Positions 27,759 through 37,482 of a stretch of DNA of 64,000 bases are shown here, one piece after another (positions within the stretch are counted from its first letter, which is position 1; each line of letters opens with the position of its first letter). The notes beneath the pieces were generated by a model that did no database searches, had not been told where the DNA came from, and saw only the letters and a program-made list of their open reading frames with translations. This DNA comes from a virus: IMG/VR virus record IMGVR_UViG_3300034759_000344, positions 1-64,000 of that record; one strand, 5' to 3'. Position numbers and translations under genes: made by a program.

Positions 27759-28475
27759 TTAACGGCATGAAAATGGGTATTTATCTCGTTTATCTATAAA
27801 TGCACACACATCTTGGATAGCCTCAGCTACTTCCTGCACCCGCATGGAAAGCACTTTACTTTCCACTTCATAAACTGGAATCCAGAAGGGAAGAGTGCCG
27901 TACAGCATGGAGATAACTATATCCTGTATCCGCTGATTTTCCACTGCAGCATCACAGCAGTCGGATTCTTCCCCACGCTCTTCAGGAGTTAGATAAGGGA
28001 CATGTACTATCAAATCGTAAGGACAGCTAATACTGTTTACATAGTGGTATATTTCATCAAGCAAATAGCTCAGTTCCTCTTTATTCTCCCTGAAAGTTCC
28101 CCACAAAAGAGCATATACGGCTACATCTAAAACAGTGCGATCGGCTATTACTATGTCGGCTTTAGATTCCAGAGCTTTGCGTTCCTCAGCAATTTTCCAG
28201 TTTAATAAGTCAGTCTCAAACAACATGTACAGTCCGTACTTCCTGAGAAAAGGTATAGATACCTTAGACTGATAATCAGCAGGAAAGAAGCTGCGGTAGG
28301 TATCCAGTACCCGGTCCACACCTTCTTCCACCAAGTACACCCGATATCCTTTTTCCTGGTAGTAGTTGTAAAGCTCTTTACAAAGAGTAGTCTTTCCAGC
28401 ATTACTGGAACCACATAGAGCAACAAAAAAAGGTTTATCAGCTTTCCTGAGCATTATGTTTGTGATCAAGAACAT
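27759..28475 (-). CDS. P-loop nucleotide kinase / AAA_28-like protein
   Basis: GSSNAGKTT, ADRTVLD. Confidence 0.75.
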   Translation of the reverse strand: MFLITNIMLRKADKPFFVALCGSSNAGKTTLCKELYNYYQEKGYRVYLVEEGVDRVLDTYRSFFPADYQSKVSIPFLRKYGLYMLFETDLLNWKIAEERKALESKADIVIADRTVLDVAVYALLWGTFRENKEELSYLLDEIYHYVNSISCPYDLIVHVPYLTPEERGEESDCCDAAVENQRIQDIVISMLYGTLPFWIPVYEVESKVLSMRVQEVAEAIQDVCAFIDKRDKYPFSCR

Positions 28476-29130
28476 CTCCTCCCTCTATCTCTTGGTGGAT
28501 GGTAACCGGTTTAACATCTAACTGCAGGTCTTCGTAGAACCAAGGATGTATTTTCATTACCTGTTGGTACATAGCAGAGGCTAATTCATGAATCTCATCT
28601 GAAGCATGTTTAGAACAGCGCAAACGTAAAAAGTTCCTAAGGCTTCGAGCGTTGAAGGTGTATAAAATATTGGTACTGGTTGCAGTAGGAAGCAGGTACC
28701 GTGCACTATCTGGAGAAACTCCTATTTCAACTAAACTATTGTATACTTGAGTAGTTGTATCCAGAAGGCGGGTAGCTAAATCTCGCACCTTTTCATCCTG
28801 GTGGTGGTAAATCTCATCAGGAACTATGAACGATAAACGAGCATCTCGTGAACGGTGAGAATACTGAGAATAAGAAGCTATCCGGTGCCTGACCAGCTGA
28901 TGAGTCAAGTTACGGGACACACCCACAGCCAGCCAAGTGTAATGAACATGTTCCAGCGGAGACTCATGACCCTTAGCAATATACTTTTTAACCATTTCCA
29001 TATCCGGCTGTATCTCACCGTTAGCCAGCTTCAAAGCCAAAGGAACAATGTCTTTAGTACGGCAAACTCGATAAGCAAGGTACACAACTTGCGGTGCGCT
29101 TTTGTCATAATTAACCAGGTATAAATCCAC
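28438..29130 (-). CDS. thyX: flavin-dependent thymidylate synthase
   Basis: GHESPLEH, THQLVRHRIASYSQYS, ARYLLP, NARSLRNF..LR. Confidence 0.92.
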   Translation of the reverse strand: MDLYLVNYDKSAPQVVYLAYRVCRTKDIVPLALKLANGEIQPDMEMVKKYIAKGHESPLEHVHYTWLAVGVSRNLTHQLVRHRIASYSQYSHRSRDARLSFIVPDEIYHHQDEKVRDLATRLLDTTTQVYNSLVEIGVSPDSARYLLPTATSTNILYTFNARSLRNFLRLRCSKHASDEIHELASAMYQQVMKIHPWFYEDLQLDVKPVTIHQEIEGGDVLDHKHNAQES

Positions 29131-29131
29131 T

Positions 29132-30139
29132 TCATCTACCTCCCCACATAATTTGATCTATGGTCTCTTTCAGTTCCTGGTTGATAATGTTTTTAAAATC
29201 ACCAGCTCTAAACTTCTTGCTGTGAAATTTTTGGTAAGGATCTGCCAACTGGTACCAGGAACCAACTCGCTCAACGATTCCCAGTTTCAAGGCAACATCC
29301 ATATAACTGGCAGGGATATCTATACCTTCCATAAAGTTAATGTTGATTTCTGTCTTTCTAAACGGAGGTGCTAACTTGTTCTTTTCAACTTCTACCTCAC
29401 AGGTGATACCAAGCGGTTCGTCATCTGAAGAATGGTATATTCCGGTTTTCTTTATTTTCAAAATCAAGGAAGCATAGAACTTAATGGCTCTACCTCCAGG
29501 CATAACTTCCCTGGGACCGTACAAAACTCCCACGTTTTCACGAATCTGATTAACCATTACAAAAGCTATCTGCTGAGCAGCTATGGAACGTATAAGCTTG
29601 CGCAGATTAGTAGAAAGTACTTTAGCCTGCTGACCTGGCTGTAAGTCGTAAAAGCGGTCTTTTTTGCTAATTTCACTAAATACTGGGGTGGCAGTTACTG
29701 AGTCCCACACCACCAAAATGGGAATATCCGGTTCTTTTTCTCTAAACTGAATTATCTTGTCCAAAGTTTCAAAAACCTCTTCCATGGTCTCCGGACGAAG
29801 GAGGAGCAGGGAAGAGTTGTCCACTCCAATTCTTTCAGAGCGAGCAGGGTCGTAAGCGTATTCGGTATCCATTAACACGCTCAATCCGCCCATGCGTTGA
29901 CACTCAGCCAATAAATGGGTAACTAAAGTAGACTTACCGGACCCTTCGGTTCCGTACACTAAGGTTACTCGAGCAGAGGGAATTCCCCTCTGCCCGATTA
30001 TCCAGTCCAGGGAGGGAGCTTGAGTGGATATGTAATATTTAGAGGTGATTCCTTCCTGGAGAGCTTCTTTATCAAATAAGAGGTCTTCATCTATACTGCG
30101 TATCTCCTTAATTAGCTGCTGGAAGGTGTCCTGGTTCAT
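29132..30139 (-). CDS. recA: RecA/UvsX recombinase
   Basis: GTEGSGKST, VWDSV, NQIRE, PGGRAIKFYAS, KNK.APPF. Confidence 0.9.
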   Translation of the reverse strand: MNQDTFQQLIKEIRSIDEDLLFDKEALQEGITSKYYISTQAPSLDWIIGQRGIPSARVTLVYGTEGSGKSTLVTHLLAECQRMGGLSVLMDTEYAYDPARSERIGVDNSSLLLLRPETMEEVFETLDKIIQFREKEPDIPILVVWDSVTATPVFSEISKKDRFYDLQPGQQAKVLSTNLRKLIRSIAAQQIAFVMVNQIRENVGVLYGPREVMPGGRAIKFYASLILKIKKTGIYHSSDDEPLGITCEVEVEKNKLAPPFRKTEININFMEGIDIPASYMDVALKLGIVERVGSWYQLADPYQKFHSKKFRAGDFKNIINQELKETIDQIMWGGR

Positions 30140-30152
30140 GCCCCACCACTCC

Positions 30153-30947
30153 CTACACCTGGATCATGGTCTTTACACATTTCTTTCTTACCGAGCAGTC
30201 CATGCAGCGTTCGTCTTTAGCCGAGAAACTGCCGAAACAAGACGGAACATCTTCTTCCTCAGGTTCAACATTGGCTCCAAAAGGAACCTCGGTAGGATCC
30301 TCTTCTGCATCCTCTTCAGGCTGTAGTCCTATCGTCATGTAGCTTTTTATAGTTTTATAATCTTCAACTGCCACCAAAGCATCTAAATCGTACAGCTGGT
30401 CCAAAATGGATTTATCAGGAAGTGGATATCTGGCAGCTGGATATACAGAATACATAGTAGTTCTAATATCTCCAGGATTTTTCATAGTACGGATGATGCG
30501 TATCAGATATCCATTATCGGGATGAGTAAAATCACCGTAATTAGGGTCTCTCAAAAATTGAGCCAAGCTGTCTCTAACCGTGCTCGGGAAGGAAAGCACC
30601 AGCACTCCAGCATCTGGGTTATCACCGTCTATAATGTTGGCCAGGAACTTAACCTTAGGAAGGTAGCGCTTAACAGCGTCGTCTTTAAAGGTGTACCCCT
30701 TGCGCAGCAGCTTATCGGCTTCCTCACAGATGGGGCAGGGAGACCCTAGCATTTTGCGGGGACAGTTAACCTGCTTTTGGTCTAGACCTACGCCGTAGTG
30801 AACCCAAACTTCCTTAACAATATCCCCTTTTGGAGACCAGGGAGGAAGGAAGCGAATACTGTTGGTATCCTTCCACTTATAATATTTAACATTGGACTCG
30901 TTAACACCTTCCAAAAACTTTTCCAATTTTGGTTGGTAATATGGCAT
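30153..30947 (-). CDS. single-stranded DNA-binding protein (gp32-like)
   Basis: IRFLPP, HY...CP..CPICE zinc site, DFTHP..G, acidic tail. Confidence 0.75.
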   Translation of the reverse strand: MPYYQPKLEKFLEGVNESNVKYYKWKDTNSIRFLPPWSPKGDIVKEVWVHYGVGLDQKQVNCPRKMLGSPCPICEEADKLLRKGYTFKDDAVKRYLPKVKFLANIIDGDNPDAGVLVLSFPSTVRDSLAQFLRDPNYGDFTHPDNGYLIRIIRTMKNPGDIRTTMYSVYPAARYPLPDKSILDQLYDLDALVAVEDYKTIKSYMTIGLQPEEDAEEDPTEVPFGANVEPEEEDVPSCFGSFSAKDERCMDCSVRKKCVKTMIQV

Positions 30948-30964
30948 TTGGCATCTACCCCTTT

Positions 30965-31429
30965 CTAAACAATTGAATTCTTCAACGCGCGCATATTGGC
31001 ACTGTAAGTTATCAACATTTCCTTCTTGACATTCAGCGCACTTGCCATTGCGTTCAACTTACCTATCGTGTAATCCATAATCATTAAGTTCTTAACCATC
31101 TCACCATGTTTTTCATCATTACTAATGTAGCTTTTAATTGTAGCTTCAGTAGCTTTGTCTAAGGAGGCACGAAAATAAAGGTACAATCTGGATTCGTAGA
31201 CATCAAATAACTGTTCATACATACCCCTCACTTTCTTAGCTCTTGATATCAGTTCATTTATATAATACATCAATCCAGGTATACTTACAATAGCATCTTC
31301 AAGATTATGTATATCAATACTAAAGTGTAACTTAGTATCAATTTCAGCTATTTCTTTTCGTAGTGAATCGTGTTCTTCAAGTAAAAGTTCCTCTACCGGT
31401 TGCAAGTCGGAAAAATCCACACTGCTCAT
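30965..31429 (-). CDS. UvsY-like recombination mediator
   Basis: helical, ATEATIKSYI; next to SSB and RecA. Confidence 0.55.
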   Translation of the reverse strand: MSSVDFSDLQPVEELLLEEHDSLRKEIAEIDTKLHFSIDIHNLEDAIVSIPGLMYYINELISRAKKVRGMYEQLFDVYESRLYLYFRASLDKATEATIKSYISNDEKHGEMVKNLMIMDYTIGKLNAMASALNVKKEMLITYSANMRALKNSIV

Positions 31430-31881
31430 CGCCCAGTACTCCCGAAACCTCCAGTTCCCCGTTCAGTTTTCGAAAGTTCATCAACTTCCACTATTTCTAC
31501 TTTAGGAACCTCACGTAAAGCACCTTGAGCAATACGTTCACCTTCACGTACCACATAAGGAGCAGAAGAGTGGTTGAACACTTTAACCATCCACTCGCCA
31601 CGGTAGTCAGAATCAATAGTACCTAAATGTACCTGCAGGGAGAAATCAAAAGCATGGCCGCTACGGGTACGTATCACAACCTCGTAGCCTTCAGGTATCT
31701 CGGAAGCAATACCCAAAGGAATAGTGGCTGCCTGGCGGGGAGGAATAACTAAAATAGTAGGGGAGTACAAATCAAAACAGGCTGCGCCCTTACTTTTGAA
31801 CGCAGGGAGCTTAACATTGGAACGCAGCCTTTTAATCTTCAAAGTTACTACCTCTTCTTTCTTACTCATCTTGATTATCAC
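31426..31881 (-). CDS. dut: dUTPase (trimeric)
   Basis: AACFDL, RTRSG, GTIDSDYRGE, ERIAQ, RGTGGFGSTG. Confidence 0.95.
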   Translation of the reverse strand: MIIKMSKKEEVVTLKIKRLRSNVKLPAFKSKGAACFDLYSPTILVIPPRQAATIPLGIASEIPEGYEVVIRTRSGHAFDFSLQVHLGTIDSDYRGEWMVKVFNHSSAPYVVREGERIAQGALREVPKVEIVEVDELSKTERGTGGFGSTGR

Positions 31882-32155
31882 CTTCCTCTTCCGTTATTTG
31901 ATGCAATCTGTACATTCCTCCAGCTATCATAGTTGCATAGCCGTTAAAAATACTTAAAGCAATGTCCCGATTAACTTTTTCATCCTTATCCGGAATTTGC
32001 TCCAGTACATATAACATAGCTGAAAACCAGTTTGTTCCATACTGTAGCGCAGGAATAATCTGATTTTTCAACACATCGACCAATTCCTGCACAGTCATGT
32101 CTTCACACTTAATTTTTCCTACGTCAATCAAGTTTTCCTGCTGTTGACTTTGCAT
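31862..32155 (-). CDS. hypothetical protein
   Basis: GGAGG RBS, first gene after the promoter. Confidence 0.65.
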   Translation of the reverse strand: MQSQQQENLIDVGKIKCEDMTVQELVDVLKNQIIPALQYGTNWFSAMLYVLEQIPDKDEKVNRDIALSIFNGYATMIAGGMYRLHQITEEEGDNQDE

Positions 32156-32184
32156 ATTTACACCTCCCTAACGTGTTCAAGTAT

Positions 32185-32212
32185 ATTATAGTTGAAAATA
32201 AAACTTTGTCAA
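32185..32212 (-). promoter_or_regulatory. sigma70-type promoter overlapped by the operator palindrome (32176-32196)
   Basis: TTGACA-N16-TATAAT on the - strand; TTCAAGTA-N5-TAGTTGAA covers the -10 box. Confidence 0.75.
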
Positions 32213-32255
32213 CATGTAGTATAAAAATTTTTGGGAAAAACTTGATTAAATCCAC

Positions 32256-33725
32256 ATGAATCAATATAATAACTATGAGGTGATGGAATTGATAACCATC
32301 GAGATAACCAACACTCTCTCCAGGGTAAAGTTTGATAACCCACGCAGCCAGATAAACAAAGCAGTAGCCAAAAAACTCTACGACCGTTTAGCATACAAGC
32401 AACCCGGATATCAATACACTTCTGCCTACCAGAATGGTACCTGGGATGGGTACATACGTCTTTATAATATGTATTCAGGAAAGTTTCTAACTGGGCTGCT
32501 GAACAGGGTAATTTCCATTCTGGAAGAAGAAAATATAGCTTACCGCATAGAAGATAAAAGACGTAAACCACAAGTAGAACTGAAAGAGATAAACCTAAAC
32601 GGAGTAACTTTAAGAGACTATCAAATCGAAGCAGTAGAAAAAGGAATTCAGGCAGGAAGAGGTATATTCGATATGAGCGTAGGAGCCGGTAAAACAGAAA
32701 TAGCCGCAGCATTAATTCAAAGACTGGATGTACCCACCCTGTTCATAGTGCACATGCGCACCTTGCTCCACCAAACTAAAAAACGCCTTGAAGAAAGGCT
32801 GAACACCGAAGTTGCACAATTTGGAGATGGTAAGTATGAGTGGGGCAAGATAGTAGTAGCTTCCATTCAGTCTTTACACCGCTACATCAAGAATCCTACT
32901 CTCAAAGAATTAGTAAAGAATATGAGCATGGTAATTGTGGATGAAGCACACCATGTTGCCAACAACACATATAAAAATATTCTTCAAATATGTGACGCCT
33001 ATTACCGCTTTGGTTTATCAGGAACCCCTCTTGACAGAGAAGACGGAGGTTCTATGATAACTGTGGGTTATCTTGGTGAAGTCATCTATCAAACTAAAGC
33101 TTCGGACCTTATAGAAAGAAACTATTTAGTAGTACCAGAAATAAGGTTTAGTATTGTTCCCGAGGAAGCCATACCTTTACAGTACCGCCTGGAATACAGA
33201 AGGAGCAGCGACTGGAGAGAAGTCTACGAACTAGGCATAGTAAGTAACGACTACCGTAACCAGATGATAAAGGATGAGTTGAAAAACTTGTTAAAAGAAA
33301 AAAGACATATTTTAATAGTTGTCAAAGAAATAAAACATGCTATAATACTGTTCGAAGACTTGGTTAAAGAAATAGACAAAATTACCTACTTAACAGGCCA
33401 AGAAAGCAGTACTAAAATCCAAAAAAGCATTAAGGATTTCAAAAACGGCAAAATTCAAGTGTTAATTGCCACTCCGCTTTTCGACGAAGGAGTGGATATA
33501 CAAGAAATAGATGCTATTATCATGGCAGGGGGTGGTCAAAGCACTATAAAAACCATTCAAAGACTGGGACGTGGAATTCGTAAGACCAAGCAGAAAAACA
33601 GCGTAACCATAGTAGACTTCTTAGACCTGCATCATCCCATCCTTTACCGACACTCAATGAAGCGGCTGCGCATTTACCAGCGTGAAAGAGCTTTCAAAGT
33701 CCTGGTTCCTGAAAAAATAACTTAA
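32256..33725 (+). CDS. SF2 DNA helicase (UvsW-like)
   Basis: LRDYQ, GAGKT, DEAHH, SGTP, EGVDI, QRLGRGIR. Confidence 0.9.
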   Translation: MNQYNNYEVMELITIEITNTLSRVKFDNPRSQINKAVAKKLYDRLAYKQPGYQYTSAYQNGTWDGYIRLYNMYSGKFLTGLLNRVISILEEENIAYRIEDKRRKPQVELKEINLNGVTLRDYQIEAVEKGIQAGRGIFDMSVGAGKTEIAAALIQRLDVPTLFIVHMRTLLHQTKKRLEERLNTEVAQFGDGKYEWGKIVVASIQSLHRYIKNPTLKELVKNMSMVIVDEAHHVANNTYKNILQICDAYYRFGLSGTPLDREDGGSMITVGYLGEVIYQTKASDLIERNYLVVPEIRFSIVPEEAIPLQYRLEYRRSSDWREVYELGIVSNDYRNQMIKDELKNLLKEKRHILIVVKEIKHAIILFEDLVKEIDKITYLTGQESSTKIQKSIKDFKNGKIQVLIATPLFDEGVDIQEIDAIIMAGGGQSTIKTIQRLGRGIRKTKQKNSVTIVDFLDLHHPILYRHSMKRLRIYQRERAFKVLVPEKIT

Positions 33726-33738
33726 GAAAGGGGGGTTA

Positions 33739-33978
33739 TTGTTGTTAGAAACTTTACGTACCAAAGTACCCATGGAAAAGGTGGATAAAGTATTCGGTGA
33801 CGTGTTACTAAACAGAAAGCAAGTTAGTAAATTACTGAACCTATCTGAAGTATATATATGCCAGCTAACTAGAGAAGGTAAAATACCCGCCTACCGCATC
33901 GGAAGGAGAATACTGTATTCCCTGAACGAAATAAAAGAATGGTTAGCAACCAAAAAGATAAAAAAGGGTGAAAGGTAA
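33739..33978 (+). CDS. excisionase-like HTH DNA-binding protein
   Basis: LLNRKQVSKLL...IPAYRIGRRILY. Confidence 0.8.
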   Translation: MLLETLRTKVPMEKVDKVFGDVLLNRKQVSKLLNLSEVYICQLTREGKIPAYRIGRRILYSLNEIKEWLATKKIKKGER

Positions 33979-34805
33979 TGCTAACTGGAGTAAGAGTACA
34001 CGATGTAGGAAATGCCTCAAGTACCGTACGAGGAAAGGAACTTTTGGAAAAAATATGCAGCAGCATAAATACTTTACAGTATATTGTAAACCAGCGTATT
34101 AAAAAATGTGAGTACTTAAAAGTAGTTTGTGATGACACAAACAAAAATATTATTGAAAAGTACAACCAAGTTTTAAAGGATTTGTGCATAGAAACTTTAC
34201 ACTATGAGTACCACCACCACTGTATCAGCGAGCTCACCACCACTTATGGAATACACTACCACCACGGACAGTTCAGCTTCCCAATATCCATGACAGTACT
34301 GGTAAGTGGATATATAACTCCAGGACTCACCATCAAAACCCTTAAGGACTTCTGCCAATCTCTTAATGCAGTATACGGAATACAGGAAATGCAAAAAATA
34401 CTCAGCACCCAGTATGCGGATCAGTTAGCTTACCTATGGTTAAACCAACCGGCAACACTCAAAGACTACAAAACCTACATAGACGAAGAAGTGTTAAGAC
34501 AGGCAGTAAACTTGAACTATCCCTTTGCGCTATGTTACCAAAAACAACCCCTGTACATTTCTAATTTACTAACCGTAGATAAAGAAGAAAAACAAAAAAT
34601 AGCTGAAATCATAAACCATATGTACCGGAAAAACCTAAGAGTACTCAGCACCGTAAAGCTCCCCAAGAAAGAAGATGAGAAGCACACCGTCGTCCTTGTT
34701 CCTCTTTATCATTTAGAAACTACTTATGATTGCTTTCTGTTTGTGCCTCACAGTTTAACTGCCAATATGGCTATTCCTACTTCAGGGGGTCCTCAACCGT
34801 GCTAA
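33978..34805 (+). CDS. hypothetical protein
   Basis: 275-aa coupled ORF. Confidence 0.65.
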   Translation: MLTGVRVHDVGNASSTVRGKELLEKICSSINTLQYIVNQRIKKCEYLKVVCDDTNKNIIEKYNQVLKDLCIETLHYEYHHHCISELTTTYGIHYHHGQFSFPISMTVLVSGYITPGLTIKTLKDFCQSLNAVYGIQEMQKILSTQYADQLAYLWLNQPATLKDYKTYIDEEVLRQAVNLNYPFALCYQKQPLYISNLLTVDKEEKQKIAEIINHMYRKNLRVLSTVKLPKKEDEKHTVVLVPLYHLETTYDCFLFVPHSLTANMAIPTSGGPQPC

Positions 34806-35263
34806 GCGAAAAAGAACAAAAGGAACGAGCCCTGCTTTTAGGCAGGGCTTACGAATCTAACTATTTCCGGTACTACAAAAGACACCGCAAGGTATTCGGA
34901 AAGAACCCTGAAAAATCTAAATACTGGAACCGAATACTGAAATTTATTTCCCTACTGCAGAAAGAAGGAATCAACAACCCTGCTTATTATGTAGAACAGG
35001 TATTCAAAGAGTTTCACAGCTACTTTCCCAAGAACAAAATATGCACTTTGTATCTGGTAACTTCAGAAAAGGGTATCGAATTTTTTCAAAAAAGTCAGCG
35101 TAAAGTATACATTCCTTCAGAATTAAACGCTATTACAGTTGAAATAGATAGTGAATACATATATAATACTTTAAGTAAAGTAGATGAATCCATCAAAGAA
35201 AATCCAGTTCTACGCAAACTGCTAAAAATCAAGATGGGGAGAGATATTTTCGGTGAAGATTAA
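34730..35263 (+). CDS. hypothetical protein upstream of the helicase (true start probably GTG ~34799)
   Basis: ORF coupled to dnaB. Confidence 0.6.
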   Translation: MLSVCASQFNCQYGYSYFRGSSTVLSEKEQKERALLLGRAYESNYFRYYKRHRKVFGKNPEKSKYWNRILKFISLLQKEGINNPAYYVEQVFKEFHSYFPKNKICTLYLVTSEKGIEFFQKSQRKVYIPSELNAITVEIDSEYIYNTLSKVDESIKENPVLRKLLKIKMGRDIFGED

Positions 35264-36527
35264 ACAACACGAACTAGCTTACCTAATAACTTTCAATAGA
35301 GAACTGTACCTCCTGGCCACAGAAATAGGAGGGGAACAGCTTTTTGAAAGCCACATTCTCAAAGATATCTACCGTACTGCATCTGAATTCTATGACCGCT
35401 ACGGAACATCTCCAACCTTCGAATCCTTCTTTACAGCGTTTGAAAAGCACTATAGCAAAAAGTACCAACTACTGGACATAGTTGCCTTAAAGAAAAGCTT
35501 TCAAACTCTGCGAGACAGCATACAACCGGAGTTAGCAGAATTTTATGCTGACCACTTAAAAGAGCTCTACAGAAAAAAGCAAGCAGAGGAAGTAATTCGC
35601 AGAGGAATTTCTTACATAGAAAGTGGAAACATAGACAGCTTTGTGCACGACGTAGTAAAACACCTTTCCCTGGAAAACAAGTACATAAGATCCGGCAAAC
35701 TGCTCAGCGATGCGGAAGAAATAGGTAGATATCTACAGAACATTGAGGATACCAGGATACAAACTTTGATACCCATCCTGGACAAAGTATTGGGAGGAGG
35801 GTTTGCTCCACGAGAGCTGGTAATTGTTCTGGGAGGAACTGGAGGAGGAAAGACTGCCTTCCTGATTAACCTGGGATGGGCAGCGGTTATGCAGAAAAAG
35901 AGGGTGCTTTACTACACTTTTGAAGTAGCTATGGAAAGAGTTTTGGCTCGAGCTATCTGCCACATCCTGCAAAAACCCTACCAGGAAATCATAAGAAATC
36001 CTAAAAAAACCAAACAGCTTCTTGAAGAGCACCGCATGTCTCCATACATGGACAATTTTAAAGTTATCGAAGCCCCTACTTTTACCATGACCGTTCCCCA
36101 GCTAGAAGCCCATATTGAAATGGAAATCATCAAAGAGGGCAAACCGGATATGATAATCGTCGATTATGCAGATATCATGCTTCCTTCACAACACTACAGC
36201 GACCGCTGGCTGGAACTTGAAAACTCCTACATGTACCTGCGAAGCATTGCCCAAAAACACGATGCCGTTTTGATTACTGCTTCTCAGGTAAACCGAGAAG
36301 GAGCTCAAGCTACGAAAATAAAGAACGAACACATTAAAGGTGCATACGGTAAAACTCAAAATGCCGATGTAGTAATCGCCCTCAACCGCTCAGCAGAAGA
36401 TAAAGAAAAGGGAACGGTAAAGATAAGCATCAACAAAAACCGCAATTACGTGGCTGACCAAGTAATTGAAGTTATGGTCAATTTTGAAACGATGACTTTT
36501 TATCAGCCGGTAACCAGAAATGCTTAA
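35253..36527 (+). CDS. dnaB: DnaB-like replicative helicase
   Basis: GGTGGGKT, YTFE, IVDYAD, TASQVNR, KNR. Confidence 0.9.
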   Translation: MKIKQHELAYLITFNRELYLLATEIGGEQLFESHILKDIYRTASEFYDRYGTSPTFESFFTAFEKHYSKKYQLLDIVALKKSFQTLRDSIQPELAEFYADHLKELYRKKQAEEVIRRGISYIESGNIDSFVHDVVKHLSLENKYIRSGKLLSDAEEIGRYLQNIEDTRIQTLIPILDKVLGGGFAPRELVIVLGGTGGGKTAFLINLGWAAVMQKKRVLYYTFEVAMERVLARAICHILQKPYQEIIRNPKKTKQLLEEHRMSPYMDNFKVIEAPTFTMTVPQLEAHIEMEIIKEGKPDMIIVDYADIMLPSQHYSDRWLELENSYMYLRSIAQKHDAVLITASQVNREGAQATKIKNEHIKGAYGKTQNADVVIALNRSAEDKEKGTVKISINKNRNYVADQVIEVMVNFETMTFYQPVTRNA

Positions 36528-37482
36528 GGAAAGCTTAATAAGAATTTTGGAAAATTACGGAATTGAATATCGAGAAACCTCAAAAGAGGATGTGCGCATC
36601 GACTGCTTCTTCTGTGGAGATGTTAAAAAGCATCTTTATGTAGCTCCCAGCAAGGGATTTAACTGTTTTAGATGTGGAGAGCACGGATCGTTTAGGCGCT
36701 TCTTGAAAGAGCTGGGAAAGGTCATCAACGTGCAGCTTCAAGATGCCGAAAGTGAAGAAGAAAGTTCCGAACCAGAAAAACCGGTACTTCCCGATGCTTA
36801 TCAGAAATTCAGCGATGAACCCCCCGGATGGTTTGAAGCGCTTACCTATCTTCTAAAACGAGGAATTACTCCTCCACAAATAAAAGAGTACCAAATAGGT
36901 TACTGTGCGATGGGGAAGTATGCGGGAAGGATTATCTTTCCCATCTTCCACCATCAAAAAATAGTCAGCTTTGTAGCTCGAGCAGTTTCTCCTAAAATGA
37001 TTCCCAAAATACTCAACCCATCCAGCTATGAAGCACCGCCTCCCAACCGCTTTCTATACAACTTTGATAAAGCAGTATTCTTCCCCAATTTAGTACTCAC
37101 CGAAGGCGTTTTTGACTGCCTTACCGTAGACCGTATAGGATTTGAAGCCTGTGCTGTAGCCACTTTCGGTAAAAAATTAAGCAATGCACAACTGGAATTA
37201 ATCATCGAAGAAGGAAGCTTCAAAAAGATCATCTTTGCCTGGGATACCAGAGATGCTATACCGGAAATCTATAAGCACGCTAACTACCTATCCAACTTCT
37301 ACGACGTCTATGTAGCTTCCTTTCCAGGCGAAGAGGATCCTAACTCATTGGGAAGAGATCTGGCTCAGCATTACATAAAGCGTGCTGAGCCATTTGACAA
37401 GATAAAGATGCGCCTCTACGCACATGTTAAAGGAATATTAAATAAGGGGGAGATAAATTTTGACCAGCTTACAATTGCTTAA
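36520..37482 (+). CDS. dnaG: DNA primase (CHC2 zinc finger plus TOPRIM)
   Basis: CFFC...CFRC, GRIIFP, TEGVFD, AWD, DPN. Confidence 0.9.
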   Translation: MLKESLIRILENYGIEYRETSKEDVRIDCFFCGDVKKHLYVAPSKGFNCFRCGEHGSFRRFLKELGKVINVQLQDAESEEESSEPEKPVLPDAYQKFSDEPPGWFEALTYLLKRGITPPQIKEYQIGYCAMGKYAGRIIFPIFHHQKIVSFVARAVSPKMIPKILNPSSYEAPPPNRFLYNFDKAVFFPNLVLTEGVFDCLTVDRIGFEACAVATFGKKLSNAQLELIIEEGSFKKIIFAWDTRDAIPEIYKHANYLSNFYDVYVASFPGEEDPNSLGRDLAQHYIKRAEPFDKIKMRLYAHVKGILNKGEINFDQLTIA